Shown here in pieces: positions 43,971 through 59,514 of a stretch of DNA of 64,000 nucleotides (within the stretch, counting starts at the first letter, position 1; every line of letters starts with the position of its first letter). The position numbers and the translations under genes are program-made. The notes under the pieces were generated by a model, which was not told the origin of the DNA, searched no databases, and saw only the letters and a program-made list of their open reading frames with translations. The stretch comes from the human T2T-CHM13v2.0 reference genome, Homo sapiens: assembly GCF_009914755.1 (NCBI RefSeq), contig NC_060925.1; one strand, given 5' to 3'.

Positions 43971-44944
43971 CCGTATGTACAATAAATATTATTGTGACTT
44001 TTAATCTTTTCTGTGGAGAAAACACAGGTGTGATTTCTATTGTAGCTGAACATCGTTTATTTGACAGTATTGCACTTGTGTGCGTGTGTGCGTGTGTAGC
44101 TACTTTTTAATTTGGTTCTCACATAATGATTAGATATTAACAATTAATTCAGTAAAATGTATGTTTTGCAATATTTCTCCATGTTATCATGCTTTAAATT
44201 AGTTTAATCATGCCCCTATAATATGTACATTTCTACCTTTGACTATAGGTCTCAATCTCACTTTGGATCCTGTATTTGAATTTATGCTAATAAAGTCCTA
44301 CAGCTAAAAAAGATTATATAAACTTATCTACACTTTTGCTAGTATTCTGGTGTCATTTTAAATTATGTAATGAAATCAAATTTTAATTTGGATTATTGTT
44401 ATCTGAGTTAAGGATCTAAATTTTTAATTTTCTTATAAATATTACATAATTATTTCTGAACCATATATTGACTAATCTGCCCTTTATATGATGTGTATTA
44501 TAAGATCTCTGGATTGTTTCATTTGCAAAGATGAATGCTTGAGAAGTAGATATTTAATCATAACATTTCAAAATCTACTGGATAACCTAGAATTGAAAAA
44601 TAGCCTATAGGTTGAAAAACTCCTGTAGTGAAGAAAGAAAATAACTAATATACAGTGACAATATAAATATTATAAGTATTTATTTTTTTATCACTCTGAA
44701 ATTTGATAATACAAACATGTAATATCTACATATCATCCATATATCAGGTCATAAAAAATCAATACATTCTTCAAAAATTTAGCATAACAGAAAATGCACT
44801 CTCTCTCCTTGATCGAATTAAGTTACAAATAAAAGTAAAAATAAGTAGATAAGTAGATGGAAGTAGATGTTTAAAAAGAAAGAAAAATATTTGTTTTGGA
44901 TAACATAAAATCTCAATTGACAATTCCAATATTTCCAGAACTTT

Positions 44945-45133
44945 GCCTGTCAACTGGTGGAGAGTTTTCCCCAGGAGACATTTGTCAATGTCTAGGGTTA
45001 TTGTGGGGATGTCAAGACTGGTGGAGGTGTGAAATTTAGAGGTCAAACGAAACCCCTAGCATTGCTAGGGCAGCCTCCCACAACAAAGAATCCTCTGGTC
45101 CTAAAGGTAAGTAGCACCAAGGTTGAGAAACCA
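44945..45133 (+). mobile_element. MER20 hAT DNA transposon
   Basis: CCCCAGGAGACATTTGTCAATGTCT...CCCACAACAAAGAAT...AGGTTGAGAAACC. Confidence 0.7.
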
Positions 45134-45249
45134 TAATCTAGACAGGAAACACTACGTAGCTATTCCAAGTGCTCAGGAAAACACATCAGTGCCCTCGAGG
45201 GGAAAAGTGTAAGCATTTTAATTGCTGTACATGGTGACACAAATCCATG

Positions 45250-45705
45250 TTGTTAATCTAAGTGGAAGGGGCTGAAGCACAAAATGTAATTCAAAGAGTT
45301 TACTTGAGCCACAATGAAGACAACTGCCTGGAAGAAACATACCCAAGTATCCTTGGATATGAACTCCCTTTGGAGCTTTGCAACAAGCAGTTTCTTAAAG
45401 GCACAAAAGGGTCCAAAAGTAGGATGATGCAAAGAGGTTTGTCACAAATTCTCATTGGCTTATGGAAATAACATTTATTAGTGACTGGCTATACACTGTT
45501 ACACTATTATCGGGTGTGGATTATAGTGGCTGGTGTGGCGTTATTGGTTAATTTATAGCTACCGTGGCAACAGCAAGCAGCCTAGATGAACACACAGCAC
45601 AAAGAGGAGCAGGACAGAACTGCTGTGTCATTTGAATATCTCTCTGGGCCTGATTATTTCAAAGGACTTGCATTTCTCACATGAAAGTTATTTTCTTTTC
45701 TCAAT
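45250..45705. mobile_element. Probable ERV1-class solo LTR (family unresolved)
   Basis: TG...CA-bounded ~450-bp segment containing AAAGAGTTTACTTGAGCCA, typical of MER4-group LTRs. Confidence 0.4.
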
Positions 45706-45879
45706 GTCCATAAATGAGAATAAATAGACGTAAAATAGATCTTTTCGAGGATGAAGTAAATGGAATGAAAAACAAAACCCAAGCTGACCAGAAATCATAG
45801 AGGGAAGAAAAGGTTATAAATATATGGATTTTTCAAAGTGATTTTAAGCTATTAGGAATCAGTTAAATGTTGGGAGATT

Positions 45880-46437
45880 TTGTCTGAGAATGGGCTAAAG
45901 GAGAATGTCCCTTTTGCCTTCTGAAGTTTCCCTGAAAATCACTAATAGGAGGCAGATAAATAGTAGAAAAGGCATACAGGTTTCTGCAATGTGTGCACAC
46001 TGGAACCCTTAGAACGAAGACCCGGACACACGATGCGTGCAGAAGATTATCTACCACATGAAGTTTACAAAAAGAATGGGGTCTTGGATCACAGGGAAAA
46101 AAAAGGAAAGGTTATGTGAGAAAATGACCCTGGCGAGCAACAGTGGACTTATTACCTAGGTGGAACCTCACTGGGAGCAGTCCTCAGAGAGAATAGACAG
46201 AAAATGTTTCTTTCAGAGCTTTGGAGACCTCAGACTCTCAGTTAAACTTCCCTAGATCCAGACAAGGGTGCAGACCTCAGAGAAAGCCTGGCTGCATCAA
46301 GGCAGATTCTCTACCGATGCAAATCTCCTCCCCAAGACAGCTTTGCAGCTAACTTTGCATTTCCAGCCCTTCTCAATAGCCATTTTGATATATATCAAGG
46401 AAATATATTTAGGGGTAAAATATATTAGTTTCCCTCA
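45880..46437 (-). mobile_element. MER34/MER39-family solo LTR
   Basis: CTCAGAGAGAATAGA...CAGACTCTCAGTTAA...GCCTGGCTGCATC...GGAAATATATTTAGGGGTAAAATAT. Confidence 0.7.
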
Positions 46438-48409
46438 TACAGCTATAAAACATACAGGAATAATTTTTGTCAATGTCTACTACAAATCCAATATAGCAGT
46501 AATTATAAAACCCACCAGATATTGAAGAAAAATTATGTAGAGTACCTCAATTACAAATGTTGATACTAAAATGCCAAATAAAATAAAAATAATATCCAAC
46601 GATATTTGAAACAGTAAGACAAGAAATTGACAAAAAAAAAAAAAAAACAAATATCCACCTTGGGGATGAAAATGTGTTTCCAAATTTGTTAATCCAATAA
46701 TATTAATAATCATACTAATTAGCCCAAATGAAAAATAAATAGGGGATTCACAGTATATGCTAAAATATATTCGTTAAAAGGCAATATTCATGTCTTTAAA
46801 GATTTTAAATGCTATAAAGGGTCTGATATTCTGTATGAAAACATGTGTATGTCCATTAGAAGAAGAGAGGCCTGATTTTCATATGTTACTACATAGAGAT
46901 AGAGAAGTGGATCAATTAATTTGTATATGCATAGAGAAAGCATAAAATAGAAATTGACTATCATATTAAAGGAATTTTAATTCAATAATAAAATAATTCA
47001 AAGGTAAAATTTTAAATATTTTAACAGGTACATTATTAATATTAGATAATATTTATAATAATTGTGAAAATGTACAATGCTAAAATAAGATACAATGTCT
47101 AAACATCAGTATTAAAACTAGTATAAATATTTGCTTGTTTATACAAGGAAAATTCAAGCTCGACCTAAAATTATATGGGAAATAAAAGAAAAATTTTAAG
47201 GGAGCTCTTTAATAACATAAACATATATATATATACACACACACATATAACATGTATATATGTTATATGGGATAGATATAGATTTAGCATGTTATATCTA
47301 TATTTGTATCTATAACTACAGCTGTATGTATCCACATTTCTATATATTTACTCAGTGATATAGACTGGAATAAATACAAGGACATATATGATTCTTGGAT
47401 AAAAAGGACTTAGTATCCTAAAGACAAATTCTTCTAAAATTCACTTATGAATTCACAACAATATACAGTTTCATTAGTATAATTTAAAGTTTTTAAATAA
47501 ATTCCAAGATACGTTTAAAGGAATATACATGTATACAATCAGTCAAGAAAGAAGCAAGGGTGCACTAAACTAACTTGCTATTAAAATACATTTTTAAACT
47601 TAGTCAGTAAAACTGAGCAGTACTGATTTGGAGTACTGGAATTTAGGTATATGGGATCTCAAAAGCACAGAGCTCAAAGGAGACCCCTGTATGCACGAAA
47701 GCTTAGGATGTGCTTTGGAAGGCATTACCAAACCAAGGGCAAAGTTCCTTTAGTGTCTTAGTCTTACTAGGCTTGAAAAGCCAGAGAAAAGACTCAAGAC
47801 CACCATATAAGAGCAAAACAAAAGGACAGGGAGAGAACGTGAAGAAACTGAAACATTTTACATCAAGTTGTATAAAAAATCCTTTAAAGAAAATGTAAAG
47901 TTTAGGATATACATCAAAATCAGCAGAGCCACTAAATAAATAAATAGGCATTGTAAAATAGCAAGAGAAAATTTAAATGGATTTCTAAAAAATATTGACA
48001 CCTATAATTTTTAAAATATGTTTAAGAAATCCCGTATTTCACAGGGCAGCCTTTCACAACACAGATATGTTAGGACATAAAGGTCCTTCTGTTTTTAATT
48101 TACTAGTGTTTATAGGGTTACAAATGTCTTCTACCCTTGTCTTTTGTCTGATGGTGCAAAAATTTTACATAAGCATGTATTTCTGAATGCCTGATGGATT
48201 GAGATATATAATATACTGCTAGTATTAAAATATGAGACGGAAAACGCATCCAATCTTCTCACTGTTTACATAAATTCTAGGTTTCTCCTCTTTACCTCAA
48301 GGACGTATGGATCGAATTCTTAACTTTTAATATTGCCATGGCATTCACATTGAACATAAGTTGAACTCTCTCATATGGTAGATGGGTTCGGATTCCCTTG
48401 ACAATTTCC

Positions 48410-49500
48410 AGTTCTAACCCTCACAGTTCCTCAGTGTGGTTGGCCCAGATATTGACCCTACACAGTTGTCTCCTCCTAGTGACTGCCAGCTATGGAACCG
48501 TTGGATACAACCTACGTGACTCACCCCACAGACCTCACAGCGCACATGGACAGCCCCCACACGCCAGAGTGACCTGCTCGGTTGCAGCGGGAGTCAAGAA
48601 ATATGCCTGCTGGAACTCACCCCACCGACTAGTGCCCCGTGGAGAACTTATTTGGGTAATGTTCTGGGCCCAATAAAGGCTGGAGTCCCACAGACCCCTT
48701 TTCTCTCTCCTGCTCCCCACTCATCTTCCCTATTTTGTTCAGCCCCATGAGGTGTGCTACTGTAGTAGTCCATTTTCACACCGCCGGTAAAGACATGCCC
48801 AAGACTGGGTAATTTCCAGAAGAAAGAGGTTTAATAGATGCACAATTCCACATGGCTGGGTAGGTCTCACAATCATGGCGCAAGCTGAAAGGCACGTCTC
48901 ACATGGCAGCAGACAAGACAAGAGAGCTTGTGCAGGGAAACTCCCCTTTATAAAACCATCAGATCTTGTGAGACTTATTCACTATCAGAAGAACAGCATG
49001 GCAAAGACCTGCCCCCATGATTCAATTACCTCCCACCTGTTCCCTCCCACAATATGTGGGAATTCAAGATGAGATTTGGCTGGGGACACAGCTAAACCCT
49101 CTTCTCAGCTACCCTCTTCTCTCTGGATCTGTGAGTAATAAACCTACTTCTGTGATTTCCCATGTTTGCTTCTGTGGCCTCCATGTGTCTGAGCTGACCT
49201 ACACTGGAACCTAACTCTCCTCCTGGCCAGGGTCTCTGAGAGTGGCTCTTGTCAGAAATACACAGGACACAGGTCAGGCAACAGTCTCCAGGCATCTCCT
49301 AGTCTCAACAGATGTTCCGTGAGAGGGAGGCCTGGTCGTGGGATGCACACCTGGCCACTGCTGGGGTAAGGAAGTGTCCTGTGAAAGGCACATGTTAAGC
49401 ATCCACAACCCCCTGGCCAGAAACCCAGAAAGGCAGGGCTCCAATTGACAGTCACTCTCCAGAGACGAAGCTCAAGCCCTAACTGGAGGAAAAGAAAACA
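48410..49500 (+). mobile_element. MER54/MER73/MER74-group ERVL LTR split by THE1
   Basis: 3' part GGACACAGGTCAGGCA...GTGAGAGGGA...GTGAAAGGCAC...CACTCTCCAGAGA...GAGGAAAAGAAAACA resembles the MER74 group. Confidence 0.6.
48761..49107 (-). mobile_element. THE1 (B/C) MaLR solo LTR with 5-bp TSD
   Basis: AAACCATCAGATCTTGTGAGACTTATTCACTATCA...GATTCAATTACCTCCCACC; GCTAC at 48756-48760 and 49108-49112. Confidence 0.9.
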
Positions 49501-50680
49501 ATGTAAAAAGTTGAATTTATCTTACTATTTCAATGATCCAGTAAAGACATTCTATACCTGTACACCACATATTTTCTTCGATTGTGGATTTATTTTAGAT
49601 AGAATTTTAGGTCTGGCCTTCACTTTAGCCTGGTCCCTACCTCAAGCATAAGGTAAAGATTTTCCATGCGTTCTTTTCTGGTACTACTACCTGCCAGTGT
49701 GGGGTCATGTCCTAGTCTATCTTGAGGGAATCCCCCTGTTCATTATTGTCAGAGTGAGACTGTTAAGTCTTGATTTCCCTGGACAACTTCACTGTATGAC
49801 TTTTAATATGATTTTTTAATATACCCTTTACTGGACAATAAATTCTATAGTTATCTGAGTAAGAGATATGGTCAGGAAGAGGCATTGCCTCATTCAGCTT
49901 TTCTCTTAGGTGAACTCGCATATGTTCTCGTCACCCGCCAGTCACCTCTAAACCGTATTGTTCCAAGACAACAAACAGATCTCGAGTGTGTATCTTTCAC
50001 CACTGGATTTGTGTTTGCTCCACAAAGCTTCATGCTTAACAGAGTTTCTATTAGCATTTTCTCTATTTATTTTCCCATAAAATATCACAGGCCTTCTTCC
50101 TATGGAATTATGGGTGATTTCCTTCAATCTGCATCATATCAAGCTGAGGTTCATGTTGATGAAAAGTAAAACATACGTTGAAAATATCAGTAAGGATGTT
50201 TCCCCTCCTTTTCAGCACCTGTGCTTGTGATACAAGCACATTTTAATACAACTGCGGTCTCATGCTTTGATCATTCCTATGATGAAAATAACATTTTTAG
50301 ATAAAATATCTGAGTTTTATGAGGCCTTTAGTATGTGATGTGATAGAATATCAGAAGGCCATACTTTTTTCTAGTTTTCCGTTCAATTCTATCATTGTTT
50401 CATCTACTCCTACCAGAGTAATTTTCCAAAATAGATATCTTGTCATTCTTCCTGTTGTTATCAGTAAATATGTGAAATGAAAGCTAGATTATATAATTTA
50501 TCTAGAACAAGAAAGTAGAATTGAATCTGTATTCATTAATGAGACTAACCAGTCAATTACACAGACAGGCATTTTACATTTTGAAGATCATATGGACCCA
50601 TTGTCAGAAATATTTTTATTTATGTCTATATGGACATCACCTGTGCATATTTACATAGAAATCAATGAGAGCTGATTTTC

Positions 50681-50985
50681 ATTTTTAGTATATATATTTT
50701 TTGAGATAGGGTCTTGCTTTGTTGTCCAGGCTGGAGTGCAGTGGTGCAATCACTGCTCACTGTAGCCTCAGCCTCCTAAGCTCAAGCAATCCTTCCACCT
50801 TGGCCTCCCAAATAGCTAGGACAACAGGTGCACATCACCATGCCCACTTTTTTTTTTTTTAACTTTTGATAGAGACTGGGTCTTGCTATGTTGCCCAGGT
50901 TGCTTGTGAACTCCTGGGCTCAAGGAATCCTCTCATTTCAGCCTCTTCAACTGCTGGTATTACAGGAATGAACCACCATACGGGA
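50681..50985 (-). mobile_element. AluJ
   Basis: Antisense dimer with CTCAAGCAATCC and TATGTTGCCCAGG; AGCTGATTTT on both sides (candidate TSD). Confidence 0.9.
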
Positions 50986-51974
50986 TGGAAGCTGATTTTT
51001 AAAATACTGAGATCATATAGATGACAGCACCTGAAAAATAGACAACACCAAGCTTTATGTTAAAAGGTGTGAGGGTATCAATATTGTTGTGGCTATTGGG
51101 GAGGAAACCATTAGTAAAACCAGTAAGTTAAAGCTCTTGCTTTAAACTTTGGCTTTAATTTAACAAATGTTCTATGGAGTGAAAGTATGTATGTAACCAT
51201 GCTATGCCCATTCACAGATGCAATAGAGGGAAGAATTTCTCAAAGACAAATGTGCTAAGACTCAAATTAAACCGTCCTGGGTTTGAAAATAGGAAGTCCA
51301 GGAATTACCAAATATTTTAGATATCAGATACAAGAGAATGCCAGGTATGCGATGATAATCAGCAATGGTTGTTCACACAATACATCAAATCAGTATTTGA
51401 ATTAGCTTTTGAATTACAAGGACAAATGGATCAAGTCTAGACTCTTTAGTAGATAAATCTTATTAGGCTGAGATGTGTTTTCCCCTGTTTTTCCACAAGG
51501 AGATTACAAATTGGCAAACCTCAGCTGCTCTCATTTTATGCTCTCACCAAGCCAAAAGCTGAAGTTCATCAATCAGTGTGTCTAAGGGTTCACTGGTTAT
51601 ATACCATTTTGTAGTTTCAGCTATCTTTCCAACTTCCTACATCATCACCTTCATTTGATCTTCTTTTTTTCCACTATCACTTCTTTACTGACCATATAAA
51701 GAATATAAGTAAGTTCTTATTTTGTTATTGTTCATTTTAGTCTAATTTCATCAAAAGATCACAATCTTTTAATTTCATTTTAATTTCAAAGATTAAATGA
51801 AACCTACATAGAAATGAGTGTAAGATTTGCATTTGCATTATTTTGGCATCAATTTGCTATCCTCCCTCATGCACATAGAGATCATTTCCATGTACGTGCT
51901 TTCAAACATCCAAGTGCAGTATTAAAAGCAGTTGTAAATTATGGCTCTCATTTTCATGATACAATTACAATATA

Positions 51975-52798
<824 letters not shown>

Positions 52799-52886
52799 GA
52801 CATGATCTGTTTACCTGCAGATTAAAGCATTCCTTATTTTTCTGTCTCTCTCTCTTAATTTTTTTTAAAATAATATTAATTGTAGT

Positions 52887-53485
52887 AAAGAGAAAGAAAA
52901 GAAAACAAAGAAAGAAAAAGAAGGAAGGAAAGAAGGAAGGAAGGAAATAAAGAAAGAAGAAAGAAAAGAAGGAGGAAATGAGGGAAGGAAGGGGAGGAGG
53001 GAGGAAGGGAGAAAGGCAGGAAGGGAGAGAAAAGAAAGCATGAACACAAGAAAGAAAGAAGGAAAGAAAGAGAGAAAGAAAGAAAGAAAGAGAGAAAGAG
53101 AGAAAGAAAGAAGGGAGGAAGGAAAGGAGGAAGAGAGAATGGTAAAAGGGAGGAAGGAACAGAATCAAAGAAAATAAAGAGGCGATGGAAGGAAGGAAAA
53201 AGAGGAAAGGAAGGGAGGGAGGAAGGAAGAAAAGGAGGGGGGGAGGGCGGGAGAAAAAAGGAAAGAAAGAAAGAATATGAGAAAAGAAGGGAGAAACGTG
53301 AGGGAGAAAGGAAGGGAGGGAGGAGGGAAGGAAGAATAAGAGGAAAGAAAGAAGGAAAGAAGGAAGGAAGGAGAAAAAGAAAGAAAAGAAAGAAAGGTAA
53401 AGAAAAAAGAAAAAAGGAAGAGGAAAAGAAAGGAAGAAGGCAAGGGAAGGGAAGAGAAAGGAAGATGGAAAGAAAGAAGGAAGAA
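52887..53485 (+). repeat. Polypurine (GAAA/GGAA/GGGA) low-complexity tract, ~600 bp
   Basis: Almost exclusively A/G on the + strand. Confidence 0.95.
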
Positions 53486-54424
53486 CGCAAATATTAGAAA
53501 TTCTGGGTTTGTTAGAGAATATGCCATACTGTTTTTTTTTTCACTTGAAAGGAAAGAGTATCTGCCATTGAAGATTGGATGTCTTGTTGGTGATATTGTT
53601 GTTCTTATCTTCCACATGATTACTGAGTTAGTGCCTAGTCTTTCCATTTCTAAGACAAAAGTGTTGATGTCGGCAAATATAATTTTGGATTTTTCCAGTT
53701 CACCTTTGATTTCTTTCCTGTTTTACCTCATGTATTTGGAGGTTCTGTTGTTAGCTGCATACCCTAATTAGTAGGATGTTTACATCTTCTTGAGAATTGA
53801 TGATTCTATTATCTGCTATCTCTCATCTCTGATACTATTTCTTGTTCCGAACTCTGTTGAGTCTAATATCAATGTAGTCCTTCCACAGCCTTATTTTAGT
53901 GTTTCCATGATATGGCTTTCTCCATATCTTGATATCTCCATATCTTGATATCTCCATTCTCTTTATATCTCTATATATTTGGAGCAAGATATAAAATTTG
54001 GAATTGACTTTTTAACGATTTTTCAAGATGTAATTCTTATTTCTTTTTGTTCTAATTGACATTCTCTGAGTTTCCTATATTTGAAGTTTGATTTCCTGTC
54101 ACTTCTTTTAGAATATTTTTGGCAGTTATTTTGAAAAATATTTCTTTTGCTCCATTATTTTTCCCTCTTTTCTTTTTGAGATTTCAATCATAACTAGAGT
54201 AGGTAATTTCATCTCAGTCTTATGCAGGTACTTTTTCTCAGGGTCTCAGGAATGTAGCCTTCTCACACTTCTGTTCTTTTCCTGGCTGTGTTGGTGAGCT
54301 CAGTGATATTCCTCCGTCACCTTCAAGAGCAGTTTTGTTTTGTTTTTCTTCCTTTCATACTCCCAGCATCAGGAGTATTCTAAGTGTGGCAGTTTTTGTT
54401 GCCTTCCCCTACATATTAAGTGGA

Positions 54425-54705
54425 ATATCTTGCTCTATTTGGACTCTTATGACAAAATAACAGACCGGGTGACTAAAAAACAACAGATATTTCTTTTTTC
54501 ACACTTCTTGAGGCTGTAAGATCTCAGGTCAAGATGCTCACAAATTCAGTGTTGATGAGAGCCCATTTCATGGTTCATAGGTGGTGCCTGCTTTCTATGT
54601 CCTCACATAGTGGAAGGCACACAAGAACTCCATTGAGCCTCTTTTATAAAGGCACTAATCCCATTCATAAGGGCTCGGCCCCCAAGACCTGGTCACCTCC
54701 CAAGT
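54425..54705 (-). mobile_element. MLT1A-type LTR fragment
   Basis: GTCCTCACATAGTGGAAGG...CTCTTTTATAAAGGCACTAATCCCATTCAT...TCACCTCCCAA. Confidence 0.75.
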
Positions 54706-55544
54706 GTTCTGCTCTCCCTGATCTGTGTCATATACAGACTCTCTTGGACTCCTTATCAATTGCTTGAGAGATCGCAGTGGGTTTGTGGGGAAAAAGTTTT
54801 CAAGATGATGGATCTTTCCCAACCTCTGCAGCTGTCAGCGGTCTCCCAATCTCACCAGCCCCACTTTGTCTCTAGGAATTTATTGATTATTCCAGCTTTA
54901 CTTGTCATCGTGGTGCCTATTTGCATCTGTCCTATGTAAGTGCATCCGTCCTCTTTCTCCTTGCAGGTGCTTGTTTTCCCTCACATTTTGACTCACTTCT
55001 TGGCAACCTCGTTGCTATAAAAATAAAGTCATGACTTTGAAGTTAGTTTGGGTCTTTCATTGTTGTCAGGTTTGGAACCCTATTCCATCCCAGATGTCCA
55101 AAACCCAGACTTTTTGGGGGTGGAAGTTTTAGGCTTTCTCTTTGAATTGTAGTTTTATCTTCTTTCAGTTACCATTTGCATTTTCTTAATGATTAATGAG
55201 ACTAAGCTTTTTTTGTGTAGTTGACTGTACTTTTGGATTTTTTTCCCAAATACCTTTTTATTTCTTCTTTTCTTTATGGTTTTAGAAAATGTAGTTTACA
55301 TAATTGCAGCTTGATTTTTTACTCAGTTAATGGCATGCTTAATGGTGTGAAAAAATATTAAATATATTTCCCTTTTAAATTACACCGTGCTTTTTTCTTT
55401 TCTAAGGAAATGTTTCATTATGTTAAATTTCAGTGTTATTCTACTTAGCTATTCCTTAAATATTATAGTATTTTGGATCTCACATGTAAATTTGTAACAT
55501 ATCTTGACTTTATTATGTATAGAGTAAGACTATTTTCTCTTTTT

Positions 55545-56000
55545 TGTTTTTTAAGGTAAAAATCACATAATATAAAATTAATAACCACCATTTTAAAGCA
55601 TACAATGCACTTGCTTTTACTATATTCACAATGTTCCAGGGCAATTTCATCATGTCCCTTCCAAAAACCCATTTTGCATAAAGTTGTTACACCCTAATCT
55701 GCTTCCCTGAGCCCTAATGACCACTAATCTGATTTATATCCCAATTGATTTGCCAATTCCTGATGTTTTATGTGAATAAAATCAAGTAATATTTGTCCTT
55801 TTGTGTACTTAACAGAATGCTTTCAAATTTCACCAATATTATACCATATATAAGTACTTCATTCTTTGTTATTGCTGAAAATTGGGTGTCCATTTATGAG
55901 TCAACAAGCATATGGATTGTTTCCACTTTTTGACTGTATGAATATTACTGCTGTAAATATTCATGCACGTGTTTATTTTTTGAGCACCTATGTTTTGTAA
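55545..56000 (-). mobile_element. Old L1 (L1MB/ME) 3' end
   Basis: CCATTTTAAAGCATACAAT...ACCACTAATCTG...GGATTGTTTCCACTTTTTGACTGTATGAAT. Confidence 0.65.
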
Positions 56001-56371
56001 GATTAACAGCTGACTTAAGAGAAACAATGGAAGCAAGAGGCAGTAGAATAATATATTCAAAAGATGCAAAGGAAAAAAAACTCTCAGCCACGAATTCCTT
56101 ATCCAGCAATTATTTTTCAAAAATGAAGATAACAGAAAGACTTACCCAGATAAACAGAAATATTAACTGAAGTTGTTGCTAGCAGACCTACTATATAAAA
56201 AAAAAACTCTAAGATAAATTCCTAAGGCTAAAAGCAAGTTACAGAAGACAGTCACTTGAATCCACATTTTTAAAAAAGCACTGGTATAGGTAATATTGAC
56301 ATTAAAAAAGACAGTAAAAATGCATTTTTTCTCTTTATCATAAATTGTTTATTAAATAACATGTGTATAAT

Positions 56372-56793
<422 letters not shown>

Positions 56794-57462
56794 CTAGATG
56801 GTAAAGTAATAATTACTAAAATGTGTTGTTGGCTTTGCAGCTTTAATAGATGTAATGTGTAAAGTGATAATACTTTAAAATGGAGGAAACAAAAGAGATT
56901 TATATAAGAATGATGTTTCTATGTATTACTAAAAGTTTACTAGTATAAATTGGAAGATGGTTTGAATAATTAATTTTCCATATACCTATATGGTAAACTT
57001 ACCATAACAACAAAAATTCTCAAAAATATATAATAAAATAATTCATTAGTAATCTAAAGTTCCCTATTTTAGAAAATATTCTTTCATTGCAAAATAAAGC
57101 AATAAAGAAAAATATTTGAGAAATATATAAAACAAACGGTAAAATGGCAGACATAAATAGAATTATACCAATTATAATCTTAAATGTGAGCAGATTAAAA
57201 TCCATTCCAGAGGCAGAGATTGTCAGACTGGATTAAAACAAGTGATCCCAATATACGCTGAGATGCAAGGATACTAATGGATTGAAAGTAAAAAGATGAC
57301 AAAAAATATGCAAAGAGCAATCATAAGAACACTGAACTCATTATACTCATAACACACAATATAGACTATTAAAAATATGAATAGGATTTTAAAAATTTTT
57401 ATTGTAGTAAAAAGGGGGTCAACGCTTTAGGAAGACATAGCTATTACAATCATGTATGCGCA

Positions 57463-57896
57463 GATAGGAGCTAAATTGTTTCCTCTATACAGATGCTGAA
57501 ATTCTAACCACTGAATATGACCTCGTTAGGAAATAGGTTCTTTGCAGCTGATCAAGTTAAGATACAATCAGATGAGCCTGAATTCAATATGACTGATGTC
57601 CTTGTTAAAAGAAGAAATTAGAATAGAGGGAGACATACACAGAGGGAGAGTACCGTGTGATTATGAGGACAGAGATTAACCAAGGAATGCCAAAGACTGC
57701 CACTAAACCACCAGAAGTGAGAAACAAGGCACAGAGCAGGCTTCCTCTCATAGCCCTTGAAGGGACCATCCCTGCTGACACCTCAATCTCAGACTTTTAG
57801 CTTCCAGGACTATAAGACTATAAGACTATAAATGTATGTTGTTCAAGGTACCCAGTTTGTGTTACTTGGTTGTGGCAGCCCTAGAAAACTAATACA
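57463..57896 (+). mobile_element. MLT1 (B/C) LTR
   Basis: CCAAGGAATGCCAAAG...CCACCAGAAG...CCCTGCTGACACCT...GGCAGCCCTAGAAAACTAATACA. Confidence 0.8.
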
Positions 57897-57949
57897 TGAA
57901 CTAATAACAAAGCATAATAACATGAAGCAAAAATTGACAAAAGAGGAGC

Positions 57950-59490
57950 ATCAGCAAAATGGCAGTGGAGACAGCTGCAATCTTTCATTTCCCCACAGAA
58001 ACATCACACAACTAAGAGAAACTGTCCGAATAAACTTCGCCAAAACTCTGGAAAATGGTCAAAAGATTACAACAACCAGGTGAAAGCAGACTCAAGAAAA
58101 AGGCAACTGGAAAACTTTACGACATTTTTAACTTGCCTTTGCCCCAGCAAATTGGCAGTTCTGAAGGGTCAGAAGCCCACGTTCCCAGTGAGGAAGCCTG
58201 GTCCATGGTCCAAAGGAACAAGAGAAGATCTTACCCACAAATTATAATGTGTCTATTCTGACTGGTCTGGGGGATACCTAAAGGACTCATGAAAGGCTTT
58301 TTTTTTTTTTTTCTGTGTTGGTAGAATACTGAACAGATAAGGAATGGACATTATTAAGAAACTCTGCAAGGAGACCTAACAAACCACAGATGCTTAGGGC
58401 AAAAATTAAAGTTTACAAATATAGTAGATCAACTTCAGCAGAGCAAGAAAAGCTGGAGAAGAGTATTTCAAAAACTAAGACATACAAAATCATTCACGTA
58501 CATGGGAGAGTCTACAAAGTCACATGTATTCATAGGTTAAGCCACATGCTGACAAATGTCATAAGGAGACCCTACACTTTTACCTTGGCCGATCCCTCCC
58601 CTCAGTACAAGCTCTGTGCAAGAGTGAACTTGAACTTCACTCAGTGCAAGAGTGAACACACGCTTTCTGCCGGCTTTAAAGAACCCAGCACAAAGCCAGT
58701 CTGCATGGCCTAGAGACATATTTTGCTGGACAATGATTACTAGCTTTTCTTTTTGTTTTTCTTGTATTTGCCTGTTTGATTGGTTCCTGACATACCATAC
58801 AATCACTGTCAAAACATTAGCTTAACATTTGTTAAGGAAACAAAAAGACTTCGGTGACCACACCTTATAAACCAAACAGTTTTGTAAATCACTTTGGAAA
58901 ATTTCACTAAAAAAAAAAAAAAATCCTTAACAATATAATAAGTAAAGAAAATTTAAAACCACAAAACATTACTGTGTTTGTAGGGGGTGTCTGATTTACA
59001 GAGTAACCACATAGTAATTATAATTATTAGAATGTCCAGTTTTCAAAAAACGTTACAAGGCATACAAAGAATGGGAAAGTGTGGCTCATTCAGAGGAACA
59101 AAATAAAGTGACAGAAAATATCCCTAAGGAAAGCCAGACATCAAACTTACCAGACAAAGACTTTACAACAACTCTCTTCATTATACTCAAATGCCAAAAG
59201 GAAAACATAAACAAAGAAATAAAGGAATCAGAAAAAATATTAAAAAGTAGGAATATCAGCAAAGAGATAACAGAAATTCTGGAGTGGAAAACTACAATGA
59301 TAAAAATTTAAAAATCACCAGAGAGATTTAAGAGTATATTTGCACACACAGAAAAAGCCATGAACTTGAAGAGAAGAAAATGGAAAATACTGACTCTGAG
59401 AAACGGAAAGAATAAAAAATAAACAATGAGCAGAGACTAATGAATCTGTGGGACATCATCAAATAGACCAACATTCACATTCTAGAAGAT
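57950..59490 (+). mobile_element. Old L1 (L1M-type) 5' region and ORF1 remnants
   Basis: ORF 59081-59311 (..QTSNLPDKDFTTT..EILEWKTTMIKI) and CTGTGGGACATCATCAAATAGACCAACAT resemble L1M ORF1. Confidence 0.55.
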
Positions 59491-59514
59491 AAATTATGTT
59501 GTTAAAAAGTTTAC

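Noticed and set aside
53919-53957. 16-bp tandem duplication (TCTCCATATCTTGATA); also (GACTATAA)x3 near 57808
   Set aside because: Ordinary slippage events inside old repeats.
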